A stretch of DNA of 64,000 nucleotides from an uncultured Verrucomicrobiae bacterium (lineage in GTDB: Bacteria; Verrucomicrobiota; Verrucomicrobiia; Chthoniobacterales; UBA10450), in NCBI GenBank assembly GCA_963815455.1, contig CAWFGO010000001.1, positions 1,056,001-1,120,000 of the forward strand. Reading direction: 5' to 3'. Below the pieces are notes generated by a model. That model ran no database searches and was not told where the DNA came from. It saw nothing but the letters and a program-made list of their open reading frames with translations. The position numbers and the translations under genes are program-made. Below are positions 39,557-49,683 of this stretch, one piece after another. Every line of letters starts with the position of its first letter. The first letter of the stretch is position 1.

Positions 39557-41014
39557 TCACAGCACCGGCCGCGCTTTGTGCCAATCGGTGCTCTGCTCGT
39601 AAGCGTGGGCGATTTGCAGGAGGCGCGCTTCATCGAGTGCCTGGCCGAGAAATTGCAGCCCGACCGGAAGCTGATGGCCGTTCACTTTGGCGAAGCCGCA
39701 GGGAACGCTGATACCGCAGATGCCGGCGAGATTGGCCGCGTTGGTGAAAATGTCGGCCAGATACATTTTCAGAGGATCGGCGGTGCGTTCGCCCAGCTTG
39801 AAAGCGGTCTCGGATGTGGTGGGTGAAACGAGCGCGTCCACTTTTTCAAATGCCCTGGCGAAATCCTGCCGAATAAGTTCTCTCACCTTTTGGGCGCGCA
39901 CGTAATAGGCGTCGTAATACCCGGAGCTGAGAACGTAAGTCCCAAGAATGATCCGGCGTTTCACTTCCGGGCCAAAACCTTCTTCGCGGGTGCGACCGTA
40001 AAAATCGACCAGGTCTTTCGGGTTTTCGGCGCGATGCCCGTAACGCACACCGTCAAATCGCGCCAGGTTCGCGGAGGCCTCGGCCGTGGCAATGATGTAA
40101 TACGTGGCCACCGCGTACTCGGTGTGCGGCATCGAAACAAAAACGATTTCCACGCCGAGCGATTGCAAATGAGCGATGGCGTCGTTCACCGCCCGTTTTA
40201 CCTGAGCATCAATTCCGTCGACCAGGTACTCTTTGGGCACGCCAAGCTTGATCCCGCGCAGATCGCGTCCAAGCGCGGCGGTGTAATCCGGGACTGGCCT
40301 ATCGAGTGCGGTGCTGTCGTTCGGATCGAGTCCGGCAATCGCCTTCAACAACAGCGCAGCGTCGCGCACCGTCTTGGTCAAAGGTCCAACTTGATCGAGC
40401 GACGAGGCGAATGCCGTCACGCCGAAGCGCGAGACGCGACCATAAGTTGGCTTGAGGCCGACCACTCCGGAAATGGCCGCCGGTTCGCGAACCGAGCCGC
40501 CGGTGTCGGTGCCGAGCGCACCAATCGCTTCGTCGGCTGCGACCGCGGCGGCGGAACCGCCGCTCGACCCGCCCGGCACGCGAGATAAATCCCACGGGTT
40601 ACGCGTCGGCCCGACACTCGAATTTTCCGTGGACGAGCCCATGGCGAACTCGTCCAGGTTGGTTTTGCCGAACGGGATCGCGCCGGCCGCGCGCAATTTG
40701 CGGATCACGGTCGCGTCGTAGGGCGCCCGGTAATTGGCCAGAATCTTTGAAGCGCACGTACACGGTTGCCCGGCCACGTTGATCATGTCCTTGATCGCGA
40801 TCGGTACACCGCCCAGTGGAAGATCGACATCGGCCTTGTCCGCCTCTTTCAATGCGGCCTCGAAATCGATTGATAAGTAGGCGCTGATCTTTGGATCGAC
40901 ATCGTCGATGCGGACGCGCATCGCTTCGATCACCTCGCGCGGCGCCACCTCGCGGCGGCGCAAAAGAGACTGAAGATCGGCGATGTTGAGCGCCGGCAGA
41001 TCTGGCCGGCTCAT
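39557..41014 (-). CDS. gatA: Asp/Glu-tRNA amidotransferase subunit A
   Basis: PGGSSGGS, DTGGS, RFDGVRYG and EVKRRIILGT motifs. Confidence 0.97.
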   Translation of the reverse strand: MSRPDLPALNIADLQSLLRRREVAPREVIEAMRVRIDDVDPKISAYLSIDFEAALKEADKADVDLPLGGVPIAIKDMINVAGQPCTCASKILANYRAPYDATVIRKLRAAGAIPFGKTNLDEFAMGSSTENSSVGPTRNPWDLSRVPGGSSGGSAAAVAADEAIGALGTDTGGSVREPAAISGVVGLKPTYGRVSRFGVTAFASSLDQVGPLTKTVRDAALLLKAIAGLDPNDSTALDRPVPDYTAALGRDLRGIKLGVPKEYLVDGIDAQVKRAVNDAIAHLQSLGVEIVFVSMPHTEYAVATYYIIATAEASANLARFDGVRYGHRAENPKDLVDFYGRTREEGFGPEVKRRIILGTYVLSSGYYDAYYVRAQKVRELIRQDFARAFEKVDALVSPTTSETAFKLGERTADPLKMYLADIFTNAANLAGICGISVPCGFAKVNGHQLPVGLQFLGQALDEARLLQIAHAYEQSTDWHKARPVL

Positions 41015-41340
41015 TCGACGACTTTGGGGACGATGAACAGGTTGTTCGGTCCGGGCTCTCCACGGCGAGTCTGCGACCGGACCGGCATATTACGGGGCGC
41101 GTTGCTCAATGCCTCCTCAGCCGTGAACCAATCGCGCGGTTCGTCTTCGCGAAACACATCGAAAATCGGAATTGCGTGTGCGGCCGGTTCCACCCCGGTT
41201 ACATCGACGCCGCGCAATTTGTCCGCGTATTTCAGAACGTGGTCGAGTTGTTTCTGGAAAAGCGTCGTTTCCGCTTCGGTCAAATTGAGTCGCGCCAGTC
41301 GCGCGACGTAGATCACATCGAGATCGGACGCTTGCGCCAT
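41011..41340 (-). CDS. gatC: Asp/Glu-tRNA amidotransferase subunit C
   Basis: YVARLARL...FRED...NAP...FIVPKV; overlaps gatA. Confidence 0.92.
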   Translation of the reverse strand: MAQASDLDVIYVARLARLNLTEAETTLFQKQLDHVLKYADKLRGVDVTGVEPAAHAIPIFDVFREDEPRDWFTAEEALSNAPRNMPVRSQTRRGEPGPNNLFIVPKVVE

Positions 41341-41342
41341 TA

Positions 41343-41708
41343 CTAAAACCGCAAATGAGTGATCAGCCAGATCACCGCCACGGCCAGGGCCAGCACGAGC
41401 ACCAGAAAAATGATCCGGCCTTCGCGCCGTTGTTTTCTTAGGGATCCTCGCCGCCTCGGCGCACTTCCAGCAAGGCCATAACGTCTATCCTGGAGGGCAA
41501 GGGACACATCGAGCCGGCTGCCGCCTTCGTTCGCGCGCATCAGCAATTCCTCGCGCTGACGCCGGGATAATTCCTCGGCCACACGGGGCGCATTCTCGAT
41601 CATGCGCTCGAGCTTTGCCATCTGATCGCGCAGCTCCGATTCGCGACGCGCCAGGTCTCCTTTGCTCTGATCGAGCGCAGTAGCCGATTTACTCCAGCGA
41701 CGAAGCAT
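41343..41708 (-). CDS. Hypothetical protein with a coiled coil and C-terminal TM
   Basis: ORF sits tightly between neighbouring same-strand genes; C-terminal hydrophobic helix. Confidence 0.6.
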   Translation of the reverse strand: MLRRWSKSATALDQSKGDLARRESELRDQMAKLERMIENAPRVAEELSRRQREELLMRANEGGSRLDVSLALQDRRYGLAGSAPRRRGSLRKQRREGRIIFLVLVLALAVAVIWLITHLRF

Positions 41709-41714
41709 GAAGGA

Positions 41715-42344
41715 TTACGGGGCTTTCGAGGCCATCCAGAAAAAAAGAAGAATCGCGAGGAACCCGAAAACGATCAGCGGCAGGCTGAATGCGAATCCGA
41801 TCCTCATCCAATCGCCAAAAGTGCGACCACCGCCACCGAGCAGATCGGAAACATCGGGCGCAACGTCCGGCAAGTCGACATCGGTTCCGGTTTCATCCGC
41901 CTGCAACCGGCTGCGTTGCGTGCTGAATTCGGCCCGGGCGTCGTCCACCGCGCTCAAGGCCTTGCTCAATTCCTTGTGCAGCTCCGCCGGATTCCAGTTT
42001 TTCGGATCGATCGCCTCGATCAATTCCAGATGTTGCCCAAAACTTTCCCGCATTGAGCGAATCTGTTCGAGCCGCTTTTGGGTGTCGTATCCCTCCCGCT
42101 CCAGCACCACCAGCGAGCGCGTGAGCTTATCGGTCATTTCCGCGCGGCCCCGTTCCAGCTCTTCCTGGCGCCGGCTCAGTTCCTCGAGCTCGCGTTTTTG
42201 TTTTTCAATTTGTTCCTGCTGGCGCTTGAGCTGGAGCAATTGCTCGTGCGCTCTTTGCACCTGTGAATCCAGATGCTCGGACGAAAGCCCTTCTTCTTCG
42301 CTCAGTTCCAGCATTTGTTCCATCGATCGGGCTTTTTCAGGCAT
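41715..42344 (-). CDS. Hypothetical coiled-coil protein with a C-terminal TM
   Basis: E/Q/R-rich heptads and a terminal TM segment; start uncertain. Confidence 0.65.
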   Translation of the reverse strand: MPEKARSMEQMLELSEEEGLSSEHLDSQVQRAHEQLLQLKRQQEQIEKQKRELEELSRRQEELERGRAEMTDKLTRSLVVLEREGYDTQKRLEQIRSMRESFGQHLELIEAIDPKNWNPAELHKELSKALSAVDDARAEFSTQRSRLQADETGTDVDLPDVAPDVSDLLGGGGRTFGDWMRIGFAFSLPLIVFGFLAILLFFWMASKAP

Positions 42345-42430
42345 GACGTTCTCGGATGCTCGTTGCTGTTGCCACATTAGTGAGAGCGGTGCGAATTTCC
42401 ACACTCTTTTTTAACCGCCGGGCTTTAAGG

Positions 42431-42825
42431 ACGCCTGCCTGTCATCCCGAGCCGCGAAGACGGCGAGGGATCCCGCAGTTGCATTTACGACCAGGCAAGC
42501 GTTCATGAAAGTTTCGCTGCTGTAACAGCTCTCGCTATAAGCAAGCCGTAAACTGCTTTCGCGAGATCCTTCGCTTCGCTCAGGATGACACGCTCCTTTA
42601 ACGTCCCGGCATCATTTCCAACAACACGCCTGCCTGTCATCCCGAGCCGCGAAGACGGCGAGGGATCCCGCAGTTGCATTTACGACCAGGCAAGCGTTCA
42701 TGAAAGTTTCGCTGCGGTAACAGCTCTCGCTATAAGCAAGCCGTAAACTGCTTTCGCGAGATCCTTCGCTTCGCTCAGGATGGCACGCTCCGTCAGCGTC
42801 CCGGCATCATTTCCAACAACACGCC
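42431..42825. repeat. 195-bp tandem duplication of a family A palindrome plus the 3' end of the downstream methyltransferase gene
   Basis: 42431-42630 is nearly identical to 42626-42825. Confidence 0.92.
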
Positions 42826-43965
42826 TTTGAAGTATTCCGTTTCGGGAATCGTTGGCAGCACCGGGTGATCCGGCGCTTGCTCGAATCGATGCAATCGCCT
42901 GGCGGAACGCCGCGCATCGACCAGCGCATCGCTAATCGTTTGTGAAAATACTTCTTCGCCGACGTGATGGGAGCACGAGAATGTCGCCAGCAACCCGTCC
43001 TTCGACAACAGCTTGAACGCGCGCGCGTGCAATTCCCGGTAACCCCGCAACGCGTCGCGCAATCCGCTTTTTGTTTTCGTGAACGACGGCGGATCGAGAA
43101 CGATCAAATCGTATTGCGCTTCCCGCTTTTCCGCCGTGCGCAGGAATTGAAACACATCCTGCTCGATCCATTGCACGCTCAATTGATTCCGGGTCGTATT
43201 CTGTTTCGCCGCCGCGATATTGTCTGCGCTCGCTTCCACGCCGGTCGTTTCCGCCGCGCCGGCGCGGGCACAGGCCAGGGTGAACGCTCCCTGATTAGTA
43301 AAACAATCAAGCACGCGCCGCCCTTTGGCATATTGGGCGACGATTTCGTAGTTGTGGCGTTGATCGAGGTAAAAACCGGTTTTCTGCCCCTGGAGAAGAT
43401 CGACATCGAATTTCAAATTACCGACATCGATCTCGATTCTTGAAGACGCAGCTCCGCGCAAAACTCCAGTTCGCAGTTCCAATCCTTCCGCGCGACGGAC
43501 CGGCGCATCGTTCCGTTCGATGATGGTGATTTTCTCCCCGAAAAGATCGACAATCGCGTTCGCAATCGAATCTTTTCGCAGGTCCATCGCCATCGTGAGC
43601 GTCTGGAGGACGAAACAGTCGCCGTAACGATCGATAATTACGCCGGGGAGCCCGTCGCTCTCGCTCCAGACGACTCGTCGCAGTTTCGGGTCGACCTCGC
43701 GCCGGTCGCGATACTCGGAAGCCTGGGCGATCCGGCGCTTGAAAAAATCCAGATCCAGATCCTGTTTCCGGCGCGAGAACCGCCGGGCGACGATTTGCGA
43801 TTTCGAATTATAAATCGCGCTGCCGATCAAATGATCGCGCCCATCCTTTAGCGAGATCACGTCGCCATCCGCCGGGTTCCCGAAAACTTTAAGGACTTCA
43901 CTGGAAAAAACCCAGTCGTGTCCATGCAAAATTCGCGCGCGCGGTTTGACTACCAATCCAGCCAT
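42793..43965 (-). CDS. RlmI-like SAM-dependent rRNA methyltransferase
   Basis: GHDWVF, ESDGLPG, GQKTGFYLDQR, LDPPSF and FSCS motifs. Confidence 0.9.
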   Translation of the reverse strand: MAGLVVKPRARILHGHDWVFSSEVLKVFGNPADGDVISLKDGRDHLIGSAIYNSKSQIVARRFSRRKQDLDLDFFKRRIAQASEYRDRREVDPKLRRVVWSESDGLPGVIIDRYGDCFVLQTLTMAMDLRKDSIANAIVDLFGEKITIIERNDAPVRRAEGLELRTGVLRGAASSRIEIDVGNLKFDVDLLQGQKTGFYLDQRHNYEIVAQYAKGRRVLDCFTNQGAFTLACARAGAAETTGVEASADNIAAAKQNTTRNQLSVQWIEQDVFQFLRTAEKREAQYDLIVLDPPSFTKTKSGLRDALRGYRELHARAFKLLSKDGLLATFSCSHHVGEEVFSQTISDALVDARRSARRLHRFEQAPDHPVLPTIPETEYFKGVLLEMMPGR

Positions 43966-43980
43966 AGGGAACAATCCTAG

Positions 43981-44871
43981 ATGCAAACCTTGCCACAATC
44001 GATTGTCGATCTTCCCGGTATCAAGAAACTGCGCAGCGGCAAAGTCCGCGAGGTTTTCGACCTTGGCGACACGCTCCTCTTCGTCGTGACCGATCGCTTG
44101 TCCGCTTTCGATGTCATTTTGTCCGATCCGATTCCGCAGAAGGGCGCGGTCTTGAACCAACTCTCAGCCTTTTGGTTCAGGCGCTTCGACAAGATCGACA
44201 ATCATTTTGTCACGGCCGATTTCGAAAAGTTTCCGAAAGAGCTTCAGGCATTTCGCGATCAACTGGCCGGGCGCTCGATGATCGTGAAAAAAACAAAGCC
44301 GCTCGCGGTAGAATGCGTGGTGCGCGGTTATCTGGCTGGCTCCGGCTGGAAAGAATATCAGGCGACGCAGAGTGTTTGCGGGATCAGGCTCCCGCCCGGA
44401 TTGAAACTCGCGTCCCAATTGCCGGAGCCAATCTTCACGCCTTCGACAAAAGCGAACGAAGGACACGACGAGAACATCGACATGAAACAGTGCGCCCAGA
44501 TTCTCGGCGACGAAATGGCCAATCGCGTGAAAGATCTGAGTCTGGAAATCTATTCGCGGGGCCGCGATCATGCGGCGCAGCGCGGGATCATCGTGGCCGA
44601 CACGAAATTCGAGTTTGGAACAGTCGATGGGAAATTGTTGCTGATCGACGAGTGTCTCACGCCGGATTCGTCACGTTTTTGGCCGCGGGATCAATACGTG
44701 GTCGGGAAGAGTCCGCCCAGTTTCGACAAACAATTCGTGCGCGATTATCTGGAGACGCTGGATTGGGACAAAACGCCGCCGGCACCGAAGCTGCCGGAGG
44801 AAGTGATCGAGAAAACGTCGGCGAAATACGTCGAGGCGTTTGAGAAATTGACTGGCGAGAAATTGAGATAG
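43981..44871 (+). CDS. purC: SAICAR synthase
   Basis: [27 protein letters not shown] and TPDSSRFW motifs. Confidence 0.97.
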   Translation: MQTLPQSIVDLPGIKKLRSGKVREVFDLGDTLLFVVTDRLSAFDVILSDPIPQKGAVLNQLSAFWFRRFDKIDNHFVTADFEKFPKELQAFRDQLAGRSMIVKKTKPLAVECVVRGYLAGSGWKEYQATQSVCGIRLPPGLKLASQLPEPIFTPSTKANEGHDENIDMKQCAQILGDEMANRVKDLSLEIYSRGRDHAAQRGIIVADTKFEFGTVDGKLLLIDECLTPDSSRFWPRDQYVVGKSPPSFDKQFVRDYLETLDWDKTPPAPKLPEEVIEKTSAKYVEAFEKLTGEKLR

Positions 44872-44882
44872 GCACGGCAAAC

Positions 44883-45015
44883 TGTCATCCCGAGCCCAGC
44901 GAGGGACCTCGCGGTCGCACTCAAGCGATCGAGCCGCCCCGAAAGCATGACCGCATTGGTTGCTCGAGAACGTTCTCTCTTCTTCGCGAGATCCTTCGCT
45001 CCGCTCAGGATGACA
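44883..45015. repeat. Family A palindrome
   Basis: TGTCATCCCGAGC...GCTCAGGATGACA. Confidence 0.85.
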
Positions 45016-45093
45016 GAAGGAGATGGGACGACAGCGCGGCGCCTGGATTCGAGCGTTGTGGAACCGTCCGCTTAGCGATAAGTTGCGAAGACT

Positions 45094-46809
45094 TTGAAAA
45101 TTCGATTTTTCTGGCTTTGCGTATTGTCGATCCTCGTTGCCACGGGCGATCTTTCCCGCGCGCAACAAGCGATCGCCGATAGCTCGTCGCTCGATTTCAA
45201 GCAGTTCGGTTTGCTCGCTATTCAGGACGGCGGCCGCCGCAAACCGCTGGACACGTTTGCCAGAGAAACACTGATCCGAATCACCGGAAGATCGACATTC
45301 ACCGATAAAGCAGGCCGGACATGGCAGCCGAACGATTTCGTCTTGTCGGCAATGCTGGAGACGCACGACTGGAAAAACGAGCCGATGGTGCTGGTATCGT
45401 TGGGAAAATTGAAGGAGCAACTCGGGCTCGATCAAACCCAACGGCGATTTTCGTTTGCCCAATTGATCGCCGCGAGCGAGCTGCAACGAATCGCCAACGA
45501 AGCGCACGCGTTGAAACGGGCGGAAAAACCGCTCGATCGCGTCCAGCAGGAAGCGCTCAGCGTAAGCGATCGGCTGGCGCTTTTGGCCCATGTAATGGAT
45601 GGCAGCGCCCTCTTGATTGTGCCCGCGCCCACAAATGAGACCGATCCATGGGTCGATCCGCCGGGCTGGTCGAAATATTACAGCGAAGCGCAATTCGCTC
45701 CGCTCCAGGTTCAACTGCAAACCCTCGCGACGGGTTACGTGAACGGCGACGGCTTCAATTTCAGCCGCGCGGGAAATCAGCTCCGCGACAATCTGCGCGC
45801 GCTAAGTCCATCGATCTATCCGCAAGATCGACAATTGCGCCTCGAATATTTTTACAATCATTTCGAGGCGTTCTATCGCGCGATCTGGCTCTACGGGATC
45901 GCATTGGTCGTTTTGCTGATTGCACATCTGCGTGGACGCGGCAACGCGTTGCGGAACATCGGGGTGGGGATTGCCATTCTCGGGCTTCTCTCGCACGCGG
46001 CTGGCATCGCCATGCGTTGCATGATCGCCGGGCGACCGCCGGTGACGAACATGTACGAATCGATTATCTGGGTTTCATTCGCGGTTTCATTTTTCGGGAT
46101 GATCTTTTTCGCGAGATACCGGACGCCGGTCTATTTGCTGGCGGCGTTGCCGGTGACACTGCTGGCCCTGCTCCTGGTGCATCAGATGCCGATCGCGATG
46201 CCGGCGAGTATCGATCCGCTGGTGCCGGTGTTGCGCGATAATTTCTGGCTCACAATTCACGTTCTCACGATCACTCTGAGCTACGCCGCCTTCGCGCTGG
46301 CCATGGGTTTCGGTCATATCCTCCTTTATCGATATGCGCGAGACCCAGCCGCGGCCCGGGCCGATCAGCCGATGCATTTCTGGCTTTATCGGGTCCTCCA
46401 GCTCGGCGTGATCCTATTGGCGGCTGGAACAATTCTCGGCGGCGTGTGGGCGAATTATTCCTGGGGCCGATTCTGGGGCTGGGACCCGAAGGAGACCTGG
46501 GCGTTGATCGCGTTGCTCTGTTATATATTGACGCTGCACGGACGACTGGCCGGTTGGTGGACGCAATTCGGCCTGGTGGTAGCGAGCGTGGTTTGTTTTC
46601 TGGCGGTGTTAATGGCGTGGTACGGAGTGAATTTCGTTCTCGGCAAGGGATTGCACAGCTACGGATTCGGCATCGGCGGCGAAACCTACGTCGCGACATT
46701 TGTGATTCTCGATCTTCTGTTCGTCGGGTTCGCGATTTGGCGATATCGCACCAGCAAGAGCGAGCCGAGTCCGGCCGGCGAAATTGCTGACGAGCCAGTT
46801 GCGGTGTGA
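45094..46809 (+). CDS. ccsA: Cytochrome c biogenesis protein CcsA (system II)
   Basis: GRRKPLDT, PPVTNMYES, WANYSWGRFWGWDPKETW and GLHSY motifs. Confidence 0.93.
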   Translation: MKIRFFWLCVLSILVATGDLSRAQQAIADSSSLDFKQFGLLAIQDGGRRKPLDTFARETLIRITGRSTFTDKAGRTWQPNDFVLSAMLETHDWKNEPMVLVSLGKLKEQLGLDQTQRRFSFAQLIAASELQRIANEAHALKRAEKPLDRVQQEALSVSDRLALLAHVMDGSALLIVPAPTNETDPWVDPPGWSKYYSEAQFAPLQVQLQTLATGYVNGDGFNFSRAGNQLRDNLRALSPSIYPQDRQLRLEYFYNHFEAFYRAIWLYGIALVVLLIAHLRGRGNALRNIGVGIAILGLLSHAAGIAMRCMIAGRPPVTNMYESIIWVSFAVSFFGMIFFARYRTPVYLLAALPVTLLALLLVHQMPIAMPASIDPLVPVLRDNFWLTIHVLTITLSYAAFALAMGFGHILLYRYARDPAAARADQPMHFWLYRVLQLGVILLAAGTILGGVWANYSWGRFWGWDPKETWALIALLCYILTLHGRLAGWWTQFGLVVASVVCFLAVLMAWYGVNFVLGKGLHSYGFGIGGETYVATFVILDLLFVGFAIWRYRTSKSEPSPAGEIADEPVAV

Positions 46810-46816
46810 GCACAAC

Positions 46817-46865
46817 GGAGGGACGTGCTTCTGCACGTCCTGGACATGCAGAAGCATGTCCCTCC
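46817..46865. repeat. REP-like palindrome, family C
   Basis: GGAGGGACGTGCTTCTGCACGTCC-T-GGACATGCAGAAGCATGTCCCTCC; a homologous copy lies inside uvrA at 7306-7355. Confidence 0.85.
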
Positions 46866-46880
46866 CGTCACTGCCCGCGG

Positions 46881-47334
46881 CTACAACGACGCCGTTAACG
46901 CGTCGAGAAATTGTCGCGCCGTTGCGGCTTCGAACAGCGTGGCCCGGACGACATCGTCCCTGAGCAGCCGGGCCAGTGCGCCGACGCAAATCAAGTAATC
47001 GTTCACGAACTGTTGCGGCACACCGATGAGGAAAAGTAGCCGGGCGCGTTTTCCGTCGGCAAAGGGAATACCGGACCGGCTGCGCCCGATCCCGATCACG
47101 ATTTCCTTCACTAAATCGGTGCGCAGATGGGGAAAAACCACGCCGTTCTCGACCTCGCTGGGCTTGACCTGCTCGCGGGCGAGCAGTTGCTCGCAGAAAT
47201 TGCTCCGGATTGTCGATCTTCCCGCTGGCCGCCAGCAACCGGATAATCTTGCCCAAGGCCACCGGCGCCTGGCGGGTGCGCAATTCCAGCACTACATGCT
47301 TTTCATTAAGAAGATCGACAAGGGCGACGGCCAT
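46881..47334 (-). CDS. PTS IIA (Ntr/fructose-type) domain protein, +1 frameshift near 47193
   Basis: Removing one base gives EQLLAREQVKPSEVENGVVFPHLRTD...IGRSRSGI. Confidence 0.8.
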
Positions 47335-47390
47335 GGCTGAGATTTATTGGATTATCCCGTCAAACAAGTTATCCAGTTAAATAAAGAGAC

Positions 47391-48110
47391 GTGGCAACAG
47401 AAAACAATCCAGACCAGCCGACCAACGAAGCGACGATTTCGTTGCAGCCCAGTATTTACGACCAGGGCTACGTCAATGCCATGTCGCATTTTTATCGGGG
47501 CGAACTCGGCCGGATCATGGTCTGGCGGCAACGGCTCGATATTACGACCAACTGGGCCATCACCAGCAGCACCGCCATCATTACCATCGCATTTTCCAAT
47601 CGAGGCGTACCGCACATTATTTTCTTTTTCAATCTGGCCATTGTCTGGGTGATGCTCTGGATCGAAGCGCGACGCTACCGGTTCTACGACGCCTTTCGGG
47701 CGCGGGTCCGAATGCTGGAAGCGCATTTCCTTGTTCCGATGGTGATGGAAAACCGCGACCTGCTGCAGGGCGAATGGAAAAAACTTGTTTGTGAGGACCT
47801 GATCCTGCCCTCGTTTAAGATTAGCAGACTCGAAGCGGTCGGGCGCCGGTTGAAGCGCAATTACGTCTTCATCTTCATTCTCATCATGGTCGCGTGGGTG
47901 ACAAAGATTTTTCTGCACGCCGAGCACGCCATGGACAGCCTGGGTGGATTCTACGGCGCGCTGCGGATCGGTCAGATTCCCTCGTGGCTGGTCGCATTTA
48001 TCTTTGGCGGAACGCTGATCAGTGTGATCGCGATCACCATTTACGTGAGCAAGAAATCGTCCGGTGAAATCTCCGAGTTCGGCACGCACAGGTCGCTCTG
48101 GCGGATCTAA
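47391..48110 (+). CDS. DUF2270 membrane protein
   Basis: HFYRGELGR..WRQRLDITTNWA and IEARRYR motifs. Confidence 0.85.
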   Translation: MATENNPDQPTNEATISLQPSIYDQGYVNAMSHFYRGELGRIMVWRQRLDITTNWAITSSTAIITIAFSNRGVPHIIFFFNLAIVWVMLWIEARRYRFYDAFRARVRMLEAHFLVPMVMENRDLLQGEWKKLVCEDLILPSFKISRLEAVGRRLKRNYVFIFILIMVAWVTKIFLHAEHAMDSLGGFYGALRIGQIPSWLVAFIFGGTLISVIAITIYVSKKSSGEISEFGTHRSLWRI

Positions 48111-48204
48111 TGTCATTCCGAGCGAAGTCGAGGAATCCCGCCATGACACGCAAGAACGACGCAACGGGATTCTTCGACTCCGCTACCCTCCGCGCAGGAT
48201 GACA
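48111..48204. repeat. Family A palindrome overlapping the mazG start
   Basis: TGTCATTCCGAGC...CGCAGGATGACA; ATG at 48199. Confidence 0.8.
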
Positions 48205-49056
48205 GCGTTTGAAAAGCTCTGCGACATCGTGGCCAGGTTGCGCGGGCCGGACGGTTGCCCGTGGGATCGCGAGCAGACGAACGAATCGATTCTGCCGCAG
48301 TTAATCGAAGAAACCTATGAACTGGTCGAAGCAGTGCGGAAGAATGACACCGCAAATTTTCGCGAGGAACTGGGCGACCTCCTCTTGCATATCGTCATGC
48401 ATGCGGAGATCGCGCGAGAAACGGGGCGATTCGATATCGACGATGTTCTTCGGGAGATTTCGGAGAAGTTGGTCCGCCGACATCCTCACGTTTTTGGAAA
48501 CAGCGATGCCCGCGATACCGGCGCGGTGTTGAAACAATGGGAAGCGATCAAACGCGCCGAGAAATCGGGTGGGCATTACCTGGACGGTTTGCCCAAAGCG
48601 CTACCGGCTTTGATGCGGGCCCAAAAAGGGCAATCGAAAGTGGCCCGGGTCAATTTCGATTGGGCCGAATTGCGCGAGGTGATTGCAAAAGTGGACGAAG
48701 AACTCGCGGAAACGAAAGCGGCCATCGAGAAGTGGCATCGGCATCCTGCCGATGTCTCATGCGCTGGAAGCGCATGCCACGACGTCGAGGACGAGATCGG
48801 TGACCTGCTTTTTGCGGTGGTAAATCTGGCTCGAAAATGCAAGCTCGACGCGGAAAGCACATTGCAAGCGGCCACGGACAAATTTGTCGAGCGATTTAAC
48901 CGGTTAGAGGACGCGCTGCAAGGGCAGGGCAAACGGCTGGGGGACGTCGATCTCGCCGGGCTGGACAAGATTTGGAACCAGATCAAAACGGAAAACGTTC
49001 AACGCCCAACGCCCAACGCCCAACGTTCAACTTCTGACTTGGATATTGAGCGTTGA
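48199..49056 (+). CDS. mazG: Nucleoside triphosphate pyrophosphohydrolase
   Basis: GCPWDREQT, EELGDLL, RRHPHVF and EIGDLLF motifs. Confidence 0.95.
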   Translation: MTAFEKLCDIVARLRGPDGCPWDREQTNESILPQLIEETYELVEAVRKNDTANFREELGDLLLHIVMHAEIARETGRFDIDDVLREISEKLVRRHPHVFGNSDARDTGAVLKQWEAIKRAEKSGGHYLDGLPKALPALMRAQKGQSKVARVNFDWAELREVIAKVDEELAETKAAIEKWHRHPADVSCAGSACHDVEDEIGDLLFAVVNLARKCKLDAESTLQAATDKFVERFNRLEDALQGQGKRLGDVDLAGLDKIWNQIKTENVQRPTPNAQRSTSDLDIER

Positions 49057-49112
49057 GCGTTGGACGTTGAGCGTTTGCTTCTCCTCCGGCTTTGGCCATA
49101 TTCCCCGTCCCG

Positions 49113-49586
49113 ATGAACCTTCTCATCAACGTCTGTTTGGCGATTTTCGTGCTCGTCGCGCTCCTTTTGGTGCTGTTTATCCTGATGCAGCGACCGAAGA
49201 GCGAAGGATTGGGCGCTGCCTTCGGCGCGGCGGTTACGGAAAATATTTTCGGCGCGCAAACCACCAATGTGCTGACGAGAATTACGGCCTGGCTGGCCGG
49301 AATCTTTTTTGTACTGACATTCGCCTTGTCGATCCTCTATGCCCACAAAAGCATGGGCGACAGCAGTCTCCGGCGCGAGCTGCTGAAGACGCAAGGCGCC
49401 ACTTCTCCGTCGCCTGCTGCGCCGGTCTCTTCCCCGGCACCGAATGCGACCGCAAGCGTCTTGCCCGTTGCCGCAGGCACCCCAGTGATCTCGCCATCGC
49501 CAGCCGCGACGCAGGCGACCTCGGCGACCGTTGCACCAGTGGCAAGTCCCACCGCGACGGCGAAGCCAAAGCGGAAACGACCTTAG
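49113..49586 (+). CDS. secG: Preprotein translocase subunit SecG
   Basis: ILMQRPKSEGLGAAFG...FGAQTTNVLTRIT; P/A-rich tail. Confidence 0.88.
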   Translation: MNLLINVCLAIFVLVALLLVLFILMQRPKSEGLGAAFGAAVTENIFGAQTTNVLTRITAWLAGIFFVLTFALSILYAHKSMGDSSLRRELLKTQGATSPSPAAPVSSPAPNATASVLPVAAGTPVISPSPAATQATSATVAPVASPTATAKPKRKRP

Positions 49587-49632
49587 GCTGCGCGTTTCGC
49601 ACGGCGGCGGGCACCGGCAGAATTTGCCGAAT

Positions 49633-49660
49633 CGTCACACTGTCGCCACACGCTTGTAAC
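49633..49660 (+). promoter_or_regulatory. Pho-box-like direct repeats
   Basis: CGTCAC, CGCCAC and TGTAAC at 49633, 49644 and 49655 (11-bp period). Confidence 0.6.
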
Positions 49661-49683
49661 AATGGCCGCATAGCGTGCGGCGC

